A stretch of DNA of 64,000 nucleotides. Source: Podarcis bocagei. Lineage: Eukaryota. The notes beneath the pieces were generated by a model, which saw nothing but the letters and a program-made list of their open reading frames with translations, was not told the origin of the DNA and did not search any database. The position numbers and the translations under genes were made by a program. Of the stretch, positions 25,759-38,475 are shown piece by piece; within the stretch, counting starts at the first letter, position 1; the number at the start of each line of letters is the position of its first letter. The stretch lies in assembly GCA_964188305.1 (NCBI GenBank), contig OZ076890.1. One strand, 5' to 3'.

Positions 25759-27057
25759 TATGCATCTGGGGGCTCTGTTTGGACCATCCATCTCACCTGT
25801 GGTTCTGCTCTAGCAGAGTTCATGTCATGAATTGCATAAATTATACTCCCATCAGGATTCCCTGCACATCAATAACATTAGGATTAAGTACTATGCATGG
25901 TCAAAGCAGATGCCAAGTAGTTACCACCAAGGATGTTATCACAAGAGTACAGTCATATGTAATTATTCCAGAAACTGAGGTAAGTATGAACTGTATCTTA
26001 ATAAACAGGATAGCGGTGTGTGAATAATAAAGCTAATGCTGATCTCTCTCGCACTTTCACCCAGCATGAATGATTGCTGGCTTTAAGATTAGCTGGATGA
26101 ATTTTCTCTCACTGTGCATGGCTTTTCATTAGGCTAGGGTAATTGTATAACTCTCTTGTCTCTTTGCAGGCTGGCAACACTTGGAAAATATAACAATGTA
26201 TCTCTGGTGCACTGGTTCATTAAGCCTGGAGAACATTTAACTCATTCTAGAACACAGTATGCTTTTGAAACCTAAATACTAAACTTGGTATCAGCAGCAA
26301 AATACCAATATCAGGAGGCATCGACTACTAGATGCTACGCAGCTATTAACCAATGATTCATGTGAACCTGGAAACAAATGGCCCAAATTGTTCTCACCAT
26401 GGGGCAAAACACTCAAATCAAGGGAGAACATCAGCAGCACAATACATGAAAGTGAGATTGTATCAGAATTGGCATTTAAAAGGCAGGCAGCACGGCTAGT
26501 TCGGCTGCGCATTTAATGTTTGCAAAGCTACAAACAAATTTATATAAAAAGTGATGCCCCTGTTCTTTGTTTCTGAAATGAAAACAATTTTTTCCATACC
26601 AACTTAAAACATACACTCACACCTACATAAACCTTGAAGCATCTGCCACAGAAAATGTGCAGAGTGATTGCTTGTTAGATAGGGGGGGAAATAGAATTTG
26701 CCTATAACGAACAAAAAAATGAGTGCACAAGAAAATAACCAAAAGAAAAAGGGTGGAAGTTGGATAGCTTTTCCCATTTAAAGCTTCTCAGTTCATAGCA
26801 TTAAAATATTGTTCCATATACTGAAGAACAAACCATTGTACTTTGTTAAATGCCACTTAAATGTATAAGTAGCATTTAATAGAGTAAAGGGGGGGAGCAA
26901 GGGGGCAGGGGGCAGGTCTTTGACCTTTGGATTATATTCCAGAGGGGTTACACCATCAGGTAACAACATCACTGTATCAGGGCAACACAAAGACATACAT
27001 TTTGGTGGACCAGAATCCATTTTGTCAGCTGAAAGAAACTCTTTCCTGACACAAATG

Positions 27058-27149
27058 TGTATCTGAAGAAGTGTGCATGCACACGAAAGCTCATACCAAG
27101 AACTAACTTAGTTGGTCTTTAAGGTGCTACTGGAAGGAATTTTTTTATT
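27058..27149 (+). mobile_element. 92-bp Penelope-like terminal fragment
   Basis: 12-bp TSD ctgacacaaatg (27046-27057 and 27150-27161); ttagttggtctttaaggtgctac end motif. Confidence 0.8.
27059..27096 (+). ncRNA. Minimal type I hammerhead ribozyme motif
   Basis: GUAU-CUGAAGA-A-GUGUGCAUGCACAC-GAAA-GCU-C-AUAC: conserved core, helix I GUAU/AUAC, helix II hairpin and palindromic AGCU helix III. Confidence 0.75.
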
Positions 27150-27599
27150 CTGACACAAATGAGTTCAAGACAGAGTGGAGAACCTTTACAGCAAGCTGGG
27201 GACTTGCTAAGGCCATTTCAGAAATTGAAAAGAACGAGCCAAATTTCAGCTATTTAAAAATAAATGAATGAGTGAAATCAGTATCTCCCTCTTGCATATT
27301 CATGAAATTTCAATTGTCGTCCAGCTTCAAGAACACATTGCATTCAATTATTTGAAATTTCAGAATTTCAAATTTATTCCAGCTCTTCAGCATACATTTT
27401 TTCTGTGTTGATATTAGCACCAATGTGAGTACAGCTACACTAATTTTCAGCTTATTTTAAGGACATGGTGGCATGGAAATTATTGAGGCATCATGGATGT
27501 GTTGATATAAAATATGTGATCTGTAATCTCTAGATAGTTTGAGTGGCATATTGTGAAAAAATGGTGAAGTCAACATAGATTAGAGGGCTGACATGGTAG

Positions 27600-27600
<1 letters not shown>

Positions 27601-27648
<48 letters not shown>

Positions 27649-27705
27649 TTATTTGTACCCCACCCACTCTGGGCGGCTTCCAACAAAGATTAAAAATACA
27701 TTAAA
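27601..27705 (-). mobile_element. L2 3' tip with expanded (AAT)n tail
   Basis: About 15 AAT units, then tttatttgtaccccacccactctgggcggcttcc; the same family tail as 21449 and 34938. Confidence 0.75.
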
Positions 27706-28904
27706 ATCCACAAATCATAGTGCCCTTCCCCACCCTGTGGGTACTGCTTCTGAGATATCACTGTGTAGTAAGATAGCACACCTAAAACCTAGACGTCTCC
27801 CATTCCCTAATCCTTATGTGAGTCAAAAGCATCTGTCTGTTCAGATTAGTCTTTTAACAAAACTATATTAGCAAAGAGTCCATCATTTGTGATTAATATT
27901 ACATGTTCTAATTCATTTTACATGACACATTTGGAATTTTTTCTCTAATGCAGAAGTACTCACATGCAGCATCTTCAGAAAAGGACTACAGCAATTGGGA
28001 CCATTCCTTGCTGAGGACTCAAATTTATTTCTGGATTTGTCACACAGTATTAAAGCCAGTACTCAACTCTGTGCCATCAAGGCTAAAGGGAAAGTCTACA
28101 CAGGTAACAAGAAGACTGTCTTTTTGTCGCTTAAACCGTCACCTCTAGTACATAAAAACACAAATACTGGATTGTTCCATCTAAGTTGCTTAAAGAGATA
28201 ATAGGGTTTGCCTGGGAATCCATAGACTTTATTGACATTCTGGCAATTTAATTACTTGCATTTAAATAAGGTTACCACCATTTAGAAAGTGTTGCTTCCA
28301 CTTTCTTGGGTTATTATTCTAATAACACCCAGAGGTGGTTTAGACCAAGGGTGTAACTCAGAAAGAAAGAAATTGCGTGTGGGCCATTATCCAGCTTTTA
28401 CCACCTTGGTCAGAGGCCAAGCAAACATATGGCCAAAATGAATGAATGAATGAATGAGCCATTCTGGAGTCTGCTGCAGCGATGGTGTGTATACATACAA
28501 TCTTTTGATAAAAATATTTTTTTTAATTCTAAATATTTATGCTGTTTTCTGGTAATTAATACACATAAAATATTAATAACTATACACCCCCTCAAGTTCC
28601 ACCCTAGTTTAGACATTAGATTTCCCAACGTGTTCTTGCCATATCATACTCCAACTTATCCTCTTCTCTCTCAACCTGAAACGGAAGCCCTCTTATTTTA
28701 GCTGCAAAACCCAGAGCTTTCCCTTCCGTGAAGCATCTGTGGGGTAGGTGCTGGGAAGAGATATTTTATTTCTGCTAGCACAAGGCTGCTGCTCCTTTTT
28801 GTATACCGTGTGCCAATTTGCACAATGACCACTCCCCACATCAAATGGGGGCGCCTTTTGCGTGCAGCCCCCCGGATCTCAGTGTGACTCCTGGTAGTTC
28901 AGGT

Positions 28905-29720
28905 TGGCTTCAACCTCCCCAGGCTGGATACCTGGAGGTCTCCGCCTACCTCAGCCAATCGCCCAATCCCGCCTGGGGAGGCGCTGCCAGGGGATTGGCC
29001 AGGTAAGGGGAGGGACCGCCCTGCCCACACAACAGAAGGTAAATCTTACCTGCGAAGCGGCAGTCGGCTCCAGAGCTTCTCCCACCCTCCCCTCCCTCAG
29101 TTAAGTCTTCTTTTGCAGGTTAACCTCTTCTCCACAGGTACGCAGGCGCTGCTACGTCAGGGTCGCTGCTAAAGGGCCGGAAAGGAATTTTCCTGCATTG
29201 GCAGGTTTTGCCTTTCCCGTACCAAATGTCACAACTTTGGCAGTTTCAGGCCTTGGGCAGAATCCTTTAGTCTATCTTCCTAAATGGGGGGGGGGTTTGA
29301 AGCGGTGACCCACGCCCCCCTTGCGGTTGTGATCCCAGGGTTCCCCGTTAAAGGGGTCTTGAGGGGAGGCATTGGCCATACGCTGAGAGGTTGTCATTGC
29401 TCTCCCCTCCAACGGTGCCAAAATGGGGGGGGGGGCTCTCTGCTTGAACATATGTTCTCCAGAGCCAGCCGAGCCCAACATTCTGGATACCCCTGAAGGC
29501 TCCCAGATCCCCAGCTGGGGATGGGGAAGAATAAACACCCAATACCTGAGCCAAGTTCTCCCTACACCTGAAACTTAATAAAGTTGTGGCCAATTTTAAC
29601 CCCACAGCATGTTGTCTTGAGTCATTATTCCACTCGGGGGTCGCCTGGGGTTGGGGGGACTCCATTGCCTGTCCATGCAAAGGGTGGGGAACCTATGCCC
29701 CTCCAGGTTGGACCCCGGCT
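28905..29720 (+). mobile_element. LTR-like or Ngaro/DIRS-like non-coding repeat, copy 1
   Basis: Homologous in inverted orientation to 46572-47290; carries the aataaagttgtggcc end motif. Boundaries approximate. Confidence 0.55.
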
Positions 29721-29806
29721 CCTATAAGCCCCAGTGGACAGGGAGGTTGGGAATTGTAGTCTGACAACATCCTGAGGATGTCCCCCACTCTGGACCACAT
29801 TCTGCA

Positions 29807-30136
29807 CAGTGCCGGATTTACGTATAAGCTAAGCAAGCTATAGCTTAGGGTCTCACTCTCTTGGGCCCCCCAAAAAAACTAAAGGAAAAAAGTGGATGTA
29901 CATTTCCAAAATATAAGATAAAAAGCAAATAAAATAAAATAAAACCTACATACAGCAACAGTGCTTTTGTGTTGTGTAGGTTCCTATGGTGTAATTAATG
30001 GGCCCTGCATATAGCATATATTCAACACAAAAAACAGCGGAAATTTGTTGTTGACAGAGGACAGCTGGACGTATAAAGGGTCCAATTACCTTCAATAGTT
30101 CAGGGCCTCATCGAACCTATGGTAAATCCAGCCCTA
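29807..30136. mobile_element. hAT MITE
   Basis: TIRs cagtgccggattta / taaatccagcccta and 8-bp TSD attctgca. Confidence 0.88.
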
Positions 30137-30719
30137 ATTCTGCAGGAACAATTGTCTTATCAAGCCATTTAACAACAATACAAGAATTCAAGAGCAGGAT
30201 ATTAACATGTTTATTGTATGTAAATCCCACTGAGTTGAACAACAGTTACTCCTTAGTAAGTCTGCTTAGGACTGCAGACTTAGGTTTTCACCTTATTGAT
30301 CTCAATTCTCCATATGCTCACCATGTGTCTAGGTGCATTATTTCACAGTTTCAAAAACCACAGTTGTTCTCAGGAACCAGACCTCCACGTCTGCCAGAGC
30401 ATTTGAAATCGATAGCCAAATCTATAACATCAAAGAGCTTTGGAGCTTTTATGTCTGCAGTAAAGAAGCAGCTTCTCACAACAGTAGCCCCCCCCACCCC
30501 CACCCCACCCCCGTGCCACACAACATGCTACTTTGGAAACTTGTAAACTCTTCAGTAAACTCTTCCCTAGTGAAACAGCAGGAAAAGGTGAAGCCATGTA
30601 GGAAATAAGTAAAGTATAGTGAGTACACATATGAGCTCCTGACATGCATTTTTTATTTCTTCACATTCCAGGCTATGTGCAATTCTATATTATCAAGGCC
30701 AATGTTACCAGGCCAAGCT

Positions 30720-31115
30720 CAAGGTGTTGATACTAACATATATGTCCCTATAAAGCTCAAGACTAGGTTTCTTTAGAGCGCGCTTTATCCCTTCTACACC
30801 CAGCTGCAGTCTGCACGAGTCTCTCCTGCAAATTCCAAAGATATCTAAGCCTGCTCTGCAGTAACTGACAGCAGGGCTTTTAGTGTGGCTGCCCCTGTTC
30901 TGTGGAATAGCAGTCCTGTCGAGATCCAAGACTGCACTTTCTGGAAATGGCTGAAGACATTTTTGTTACAACAGGCTTTCCCAGCTAGATAGATGGGTCT
31001 TTTCCATTTGTTTTAAATCTATTGGTTGTCTTTGTATTTTTAATTGTTTTAATTGCTTTATGTAAATCACCTGGATATTGTGTCTTAAAAGGCAATTAGC
31101 AAATTAATTGTAACA
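30720..31115 (+). mobile_element. Old L2 LINE 3' end
   Basis: RAFSVAAPVLWNS and LKTFL..QAF motifs followed by a T-rich 3' UTR. Confidence 0.7.
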
Positions 31116-31490
31116 ATAATAATTTCAATGCCTTTAGGAAACATCACTGTAAATTGATTGCCCTTTAGTTACTTATATTTTTTACACTTCTAATCAAAGT
31201 ACATAGCTTTTGATTGGAGTCAGAAAAACTATTTGCTTTAAAATTAGTCTGCTTCCTATATTATGAACCACGTGTCATATTCATAGGCTGGGGAAAATCT
31301 AAAAAGAGAGAAAATGCACGTGTTACCATTGCTAGTGAAAGGATCTTCAGTAACCACACCACAGAAAATAATTGTGTCTGAATACAATAATAACGAAAAT
31401 ACGGTTGCACTTTTCCCTCTGCCTTTCCTGGATGTCTGCTTGTTTGGCAGCGACTCCACCTATTTCGCTGAGAAGCGCAAGCCATCATCG

Positions 31491-31567
31491 TTACACCTGA
31501 TGCTCCATGCCATTGTATATGCCGCCACAGATGTGGAGGACGCACACACAAAACAATACAGGCCTAC
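31491..31567 (-). CDS. PCDH9: Candidate alternative terminal coding exon of PCDH9 ([25 protein letters not shown])
   Basis: Follows a 73-nt GT-AG interval (31568-31640) with a branch-like cccgac and a long pyrimidine tract ttttttgttttccttcttctatatag. In frame with the upstream exon, with stop TAA at 31491-31493. Confidence 0.4.
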
Positions 31568-31640
31568 CTATATAGAAGAAGGAAAACAAAAAAGCCATGT
31601 CGGGATGGGTGGGCAGGGAAGGCTTGAAAATGCAACTCAC

Positions 31641-31842
31641 CAGAGTTGGGATCGGAGTTGCCGTCCGCTTCGGTCCTCTTGTCCGGTGAGGCCTGGTCGT
31701 AGAATTCGTCCTGCGGCTGAACCAGAGGGAGAGGGTGTGAGATCAGGGTACCACTACCCACAGGCTCATGATCTCCTAGACCACTGTCACTGCAGCTTTC
31801 CTGGGAGCCATCGGGGAGGTGAAACGTAACACGGCGCTGGGA
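31641..31842 (-). CDS. PCDH9: Protocadherin-9 cytoplasmic-domain exon (CM3 RRVTF PP1-binding motif plus CM1)
   Basis: Acceptor tgctcttctttgtag|TCC and donor TCTG|gtgagt; 202 bp, phase 0 to 1. Translates [67 protein letters not shown], matching the PCDH9 tail as I recall it. RRVTF lies at 31822-31836. Confidence 0.96.
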
Positions 31843-32207
31843 CTACAAAGAAGAGCACAGGACACGCTGGATTAGTGCTCTTCTTTTACCTACCGGAACT
31901 CTCTTTTAAAAAGTATCTTATTGCCTTTTTGTCACCTCCCCGCCCCCAACCATCACCTCTTTGCTGCAACCCAGGAAAGAAAAGAAAGCATGTTGTCATG
32001 GGCAACTTCACTTATTTACTGCACTTATTGACTCCACCTGGTTTTGACAGTACCTGTCTCCTCCCTTGGTGGACAGTACCTGCTCATATGCAGCCAGTGC
32101 GGAAGGAACAGAGCCCTTCCATAGGCTCCCCTCCCAAGTCCAGAAGCCCAGAGACCTCCCAAGGGCTGCAGGTCAGAAAAAGAGGCCTAGAAAAACAGAT
32201 CCAAGAG

Positions 32208-32297
32208 CATAGCTGTCAACATTTCCCTTTTTTAAAGGGAAATTCCCTTATTCCGAATAGGATTCCTCGCAAGAAAAGGGAAAAATTGACAGCTATG
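32208..32297. mobile_element. 90-bp hAT MITE
   Basis: TIRs catagctgtcaa / ttgacagctatg; TSD tccaagag / tccgagag. Confidence 0.88.
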
Positions 32298-34489
32298 TCC
32301 GAGAGGGAGGGAGGGAGGCAGACCAGGAAAACCTGCTATGGATGGCAGCTAGGGAGCGTAAAGGGGATCCAGGAAACAAAGACAAATGGGGGGGAACCAA
32401 AAGGAGGGTGGAAATCCCTCCCAAGAAACCTCCTACCAGTGGCTAAGGCAGGAAATGGAACTGGGGCAGGTTTGCCCCTCAAAAGATTTTTTTAACTTCC
32501 TGGGTGGAGACAACCTACATAGTGGATCCCAATCCATGGGGGCAACTTGTTTGACCCCAGAAAACACCTGGTAGTGGAAAGACTCCTTCCACAAAGCCTG
32601 TGGAGTCAGTACCAGTCAATGGAGACCGGGCTTTGCAAAAAAAAGTGGATGGACTGACTCCACATGAGACAGATTCGAGCGTATGGGATCTGAACCCGAT
32701 TCAACTTTACTTGCCAGCTACACCTGTCTGGGTTGTATACAGATTTATCATGGGAACTGGCATCCCTGTGGAAAACTTCCTGATTTTTTGGCCACGTTCT
32801 TTCAGTGGCACGTCATCTGGTAGTGAGCTTCCCAGCCTCTTACAATGGGATAGCTTGAATTGCATGGCATGTTCTACCAAAGGAAATGGCCTGGGCAGAT
32901 AGGAATGGGTCAGAAGGAGGGAACATTTAGTCCAGGCCTTCCTGTGCAACTTATTTGAGACCCATATCTCACAACTTTGCTAGTGTATCCTTATTTTTGA
33001 ACAACAATAATAAAATTCTGAAATTGTTAGTAGTTTAGGGTAGCAAGATGAAATGTGACATAGCAAGGCAAAAGGTATGCATGTGGGTTATCTAAACATG
33101 AAAACGTGCTTCTAGGAAGTATTAGTTTGTAGTTAACATTTCATCAATACATAATATTTCAAAAACTCTTAGCAACAGACACATGTAACAACAATTTGCC
33201 TGCAATCTGCTAGAGGAGAGGAGATATCTATCTAGACAGAACTACGTAAACCACTTGGCGATGTATAACGCAAGATAGATCAGATTACTTGAAAAACCAA
33301 ATAAAAGTGCTCCTCTTATTCTCTGCTAGCATTACATAGAATAAATTAGGTTTTGGGTTTTTTCCAGGCACTATGGGAAGGATTAAAGGATATGTAGAAT
33401 AAATTGTGTCATTGCTGGGATATATTCTAGTAGTTCAGAAAGGCAGCTTTAAAAAGAAAAAGAAAGAAACTCCCAGTGGGCCTTAATATCAAGGATTTCA
33501 GTCTTAGTCGGAAAAACTTACATATATGGCATCAAATTTAACTTACTTATCACAAGGGGCAAAGAAACAGCACAAACGCAGCAAGCTTTGGCTTACTTTT
33601 TTGTACAGAGAAGCAATATCCATATTATGCACACTGACTTGTGTCACTTTTTGGCTTCCCAACTCCTGAAGGCTGCAATCCTAACCCCTGGTCAGCATTA
33701 GCAGGGCTTAATGGATTGGTGTGGAAACTGCCACAGCTACTGTCTTGCCACTTGTGCTAGTCAGGGTGGAAGGTGACTGGGGGTGGGTGGGGAATCCATT
33801 CACTGTGCCAGGACTCAGACAAGGGCAGCAGCTCAGGGTCCAATGGATACTGTGCCATGTGCCACTATGTGCCACTGTTAGCACCCCAAATGCCCATTTG
33901 GGGTGTTCCCCCAGCCTAATACTGGTCGTACCTTCTGCCTATCCACCATTTGGGCAGACATGTTTGGTTGCCCCTCACCAGCAGGGCTTCTGGTTGCAGA
34001 GGTTGCCAAGAGTTGGCCATCTAAACCCATTCCAACATGGTGGATTGGATTGGAGTGGGTGGGTGTTGGATATCTCTGTTAAGATGCTTTCCCTGCCCTT
34101 TCCTTTTTTTAAAAAAAATACCAACTTTATATTCCATGTGTATGCAGGACAATATTTTTAGTCTACCTGCTGAACCAAGGGCCAGGTGTCATGTGACATT
34201 AACTGTGTTGTTTGTTCTTGAGTGCTTTATTTTTCTTTCAGAAACAGCGCAGGTCTCCAATCTAGACTGAGACTCTGGTGTGGCATATGGGGAACCTTTA
34301 GCCATTTGGCCACACACCACAAACCAGCCCACCCCACAGTCCTGCACTTTGCAGAAAGATTGTGAGCACTGTAGGACTGGACAGAGTTTATGAAATAAGA
34401 CGAAGTGCTTAATGTGCTTAATGGCTCTCAACCCCTTGAAGTCTCTTGCCTTGCTTTTCTATTAGAAATGTGGTAAACACAGCAACACA

Positions 34490-34685
34490 TGTCAGTGTGC
34501 GAGCCATGAACTTGGAGCACCCTGGTTCAAATCTCACCTAAAGTAGGAACCCAGCCTTATCACATCTGCACTACGGGGATAAGAATACTAACCAGCCTTA
34601 CAGGAACAATGGTAAGGATTAACTGGGATTATGTATGTGAAAGTGCATTGCGCACATTAAAAACAGCTATAACAATAAATAAAAA
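34490..34685 (+). mobile_element. Ancient MIR/CORE-like SINE
   Basis: B-box-like cctggttcaaatc, core-like ccttacagg..gtaaggatta and L2-like tail. Confidence 0.55.
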
Positions 34686-36527
34686 AATGCTCCTTTATTT
34701 TGCTATCTATTGGACAAATCAGAAATGTGTTTTTTGGGCTGGACTTCAATAATAGATTATCCTTCCTCTGGAGATTCACCAATGTCAGAGTCCAAGCATC
34801 TCCCAGAAGCCGTGTAAGTCACTTTTTATTTGCACTGGGCTGAGGAAAAAGGGATAAAGTAAGAACATAATTATAGATTATGCGCCATTGAGATGAGGCA
34901 GATAAAGAAATTTGATCAACAATTCTATACCTTCTTATAATAATAATAATAATAATTTATTATTTGTACCCCGCCCATCTGGCTGGGTTTGAGTAAACCT
35001 AATGGAACTCCGTTGGGCTTAATTCTCAGCAGACATGTTTGGGGTGAGGACATAGGCTGGATCCTAATCCTCTTCAGCCAAGTCTTGTGACCTGGAAACC
35101 TGACATAAATTAAGATGGCAAAAGGGGTGATATCACTCCAGGCTTATCCACACCTCCTCTTGCCCTGCTGCTTACAGCAGGCAAAGACTACTCTTCAGAG
35201 TTCGATTGGAGCAAACAGCAATTTGGGGTTTTTCCAGACTTTCCCTGGGAAAGAAGCAGTGGGAAACTGCCCATAGCTGTAATTTCTAGGCATGGGACAA
35301 GCAGAAGTGTGAAAAAGCCCCCCAACGTTATTTTAAAAGCATGTTTTCCTTCTGCTAGAGTTAGGTCACTTCAGGCATCCTTGGCCTGCTCCTGGATTGA
35401 GTTTGTATCTGGTGTACATTTCACCAGATTATCTTACGCTGGGCTTCCTTTACACCAGCTTCTTGTGCACTAGATTGCTCCCTTAAATGTTTACAAGTAG
35501 GATTCTCCCTTAAATGTCTAAATGTACGGTACATTTTTTAATGTAGTATTGTGTATATGTGTGCTCTTTTCTCGGAAAATATTGCTAACATTGTTTGAAT
35601 AGGGAGTTATTATGCTCTACTTGTCAGAGCATATTAGATTTCATGAAAAGACTGGTTTTTGTTATTAGCTATTGTGAATATTTAAAAAGATGCTCCTTAA
35701 CTTATCTTCTTCAAGTTATGTCACACTTATTGGTTGCACACACAGAATTAATAAAATCTCTCTCTCTCTCTCTTCTTACAAATTGTCTATGCAATCTTCT
35801 TCGCTATACTTGGAATCATGAAAAGTGGCAGACCAAACCAAAATCCACTCTCAGACTGGAGAGAGACAAGCAATTGTTAGTTTGAGTGTTATTGTTCGAA
35901 AAAGTTAGGACTGTATGAAGAAAGCATTGTGGTTTCTATGTAAACCTTTCTAATTTATAAAAAGTTTCACATACCATTTCCCCCCAAAAAGAGGGGCCAT
36001 GAAGTTTTGTATGTGCCATTATCTCATATCACTTCACATCTTGTATATTTTTTAGATTGCAACTAGAGATATGATGTGGGCCTGCGACAAACACACATTT
36101 GCAAGCATACATATGTAGAGGTCAGAGTGTTCGGCCACAGATTCCTAACTAAGCACCCATGGGTAAACTTGTGTTTGTTGCTGCACGTAATCACATAAAG
36201 CTTGTTGGATTGGAGATTATAGTGTCAGCAGAACAAAAATGTATGTGTACACCATAGGAAATGATGTCTATTTGCTATACCCTCAATGTTGGTAACTATT
36301 GTCCTGGGATGAGATATAATCCACCATCTGTGTCATTTCTGAGTGATTAGAATTCCTGGTTCCCTACAATTCACACACAGATAGATGCCAGACCAAGTCA
36401 AACACGCACACTCTCTCTTACATACACACTTAAAGCAATAAACCCAGAGAAGGTGAGGTTGGACCTCGAAGGTTTACATTTCCATATTCTCCAGAGCCAA
36501 ATACCCCCCCAAGGGTCTGGTCTAGAA

Positions 36528-37007
36528 CAGTGTTTCCCAACCACTGTTCCGCGGCACACTAGTGTGCCACGAGATGTTGCCTGGTGTGCCGCGAGATGTT
36601 GCCTGGAGGGAGGCGGGCGAGTCGGGCGGCGAGAGGCGGGGCGGCGGCGGCGAGGAGAGGCCGCCCAGCGCGGGGCTCTCGCCGTCTGCCTGCCTGGCTG
36701 CCTGCGAGCTCGGCGGGCAGCGCCTCCGTCCGCAGCGCCCGCCTCGCGGCTCTCATTCCCTGCCAAAGCTCACCCAGCCAAGCCGCGCTCTCCTTCCTGC
36801 CTCGCTTTGCTGCCTCCTCCCCCCCCACCCCCAAAGCTTGGAGGTTCCCCGGCAAGGGGGAGGGAAAAAAATTGAAACTTACACTTTCGTGCGTCCCTCC
36901 CAGCGTGACGCTGCGCGCTGACGTCACGGGGCTGTAATGGTGGTGTGCCTCGAGATTTTTTTCATCAAACAAGTGTGCCTTTGCCCAAAAAAGGTTGGGA
37001 AACACTG
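36528..37007. mobile_element. hAT (Charlie/Buster-type) MITE with CpG-rich interior
   Basis: Perfect TIRs cagtgtttcccaacc / ggttgggaaacactg and perfect TSD gtctagaa. Confidence 0.95.
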
Positions 37008-38475
37008 GTCTAGAAAGAAGCCTTTCGCCAACACAGATGCCTTGAGGTGCTCACCTATGCAACTTATTTTAATATTTTCTAACCTCCCTCCACTCCGATA
37101 CATTCCATTAAACAGTGAACCGCTAGTACTGCACTGTATCGGGGGGAGGAGAGGGGAGGGGTGTATCCTATTAGGAAGAAAGGACACTGGGAGGTGGGAT
37201 TTTATCTTCTTATGCCTCTTGACCTGACCATGGGGTTGCCTGCATTTTAGCCAAACATCTACTTGTCTCCTTACATACATAATTTTACTTGTATGCTGCC
37301 TTTCCACAGTTCAAACCCTGCTCAAGGCAGCTTACAACATGGAAAATCCATAACTACTGCATAACAAAAGTAGTCATGAACAATAAAGCATTAAAACTTT
37401 GAGTTTCATTCACAAACCAAAATAGTTGAGAAAGGTATGTATTAAACAATTAAGAAACAATGGGTATCATTTTCTGTCTGTGTGTGTGAGAGAGAAAAGT
37501 TTTGTTCTTTGCATCAAACTTCTCTCAACTGTGTTACAATTCCCAATCAAAAGGTGACACTTCAGCTACTGACAGGGAGAGTAATATTTTATATTTTATT
37601 CCAGCTATTCAATTAGCAGAAAATCATCTTTTTTCTTCCTTAATAAAACACCCAGTATCTATCTACACTTGTCTCAACTGCAAAGTGAAATAAATTTCCC
37701 TTTAACAAGCAAATAAAGTGGTACAATTTAATCTAATCTAACGCCTTGCTTTATCTTACTCAACTGGGAGCCAGCTAATGCTAATAATTTCCTCATTTTA
37801 GCCTTTTAAAACAAGAATTAATGTGTCTGAAGCTTAGGAAATCAATTCCAGTCTTATGCTTAGGTTAAATTAGCATTAGGTAGTGATGGGTAAGATCCTG
37901 ACCACTTGTGCCATAGGAAGAAAAAGTGAGGATGCAATAGAACACCCTGGTTTTCATTCTTTCATTCGTGTGAGACTTGTTTGAACTAACTGGCTGATTA
38001 TTTTGAAGGAGTCTAACATAACTGATAACTTTTGATAAAACATAATTCAATGGGATCCTGTTCCTATTACCCACAATGCAGCATAGCTGGAAATTAGGTT
38101 CATGTCCTCTGGTACCTGAGATATTTCATTCCCTACCTCTGATGCTTGAGGTACCCTAATTGTTTTGGGTTTTTATTTAAGGATTCATGAATGTTCTAAG
38201 AAGCCATTACAATAACATGCACACATTCATATTTGCTGAAAAATGTCCACCAAATTACACATAGTGGGAGGAACTATTTATTGCAGCCCTCGCCACCCTG
38301 CATCTCACACACACACACATACGCACACCTGAGTCCCTGAAGGTGGAGGTTCTGCCACCAGCTGTTAGGAACTGCGTTTTGGTCTATACTACAATGTTAT
38401 CCCTCAAATTTAATACCTTAGAACCAAACCAGGTATAACACAGTGCATCCTTGCTTAGGATCGTCCCATTTTATA

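Noticed and set aside
29040-29062. Minus-strand cgcag|GTAAGA as a recursive splice site
   Set aside because: Weak pyrimidine tract and located inside a repeat.
31314-31829. 171-aa plus-strand ORF
   Set aside because: Antisense shadow of the PCDH9 exon with no recognisable homology.
31875-32495. 206-aa plus-strand ORF
   Set aside because: Non-ATG start, runs through a MITE and has no recognisable domain.
36398-37005. Overlapping GC-rich ORFs and a possible gene promoter CpG island
   Set aside because: Explained by the TSD-bounded hAT MITE; the scarcity of stops reflects GC content.
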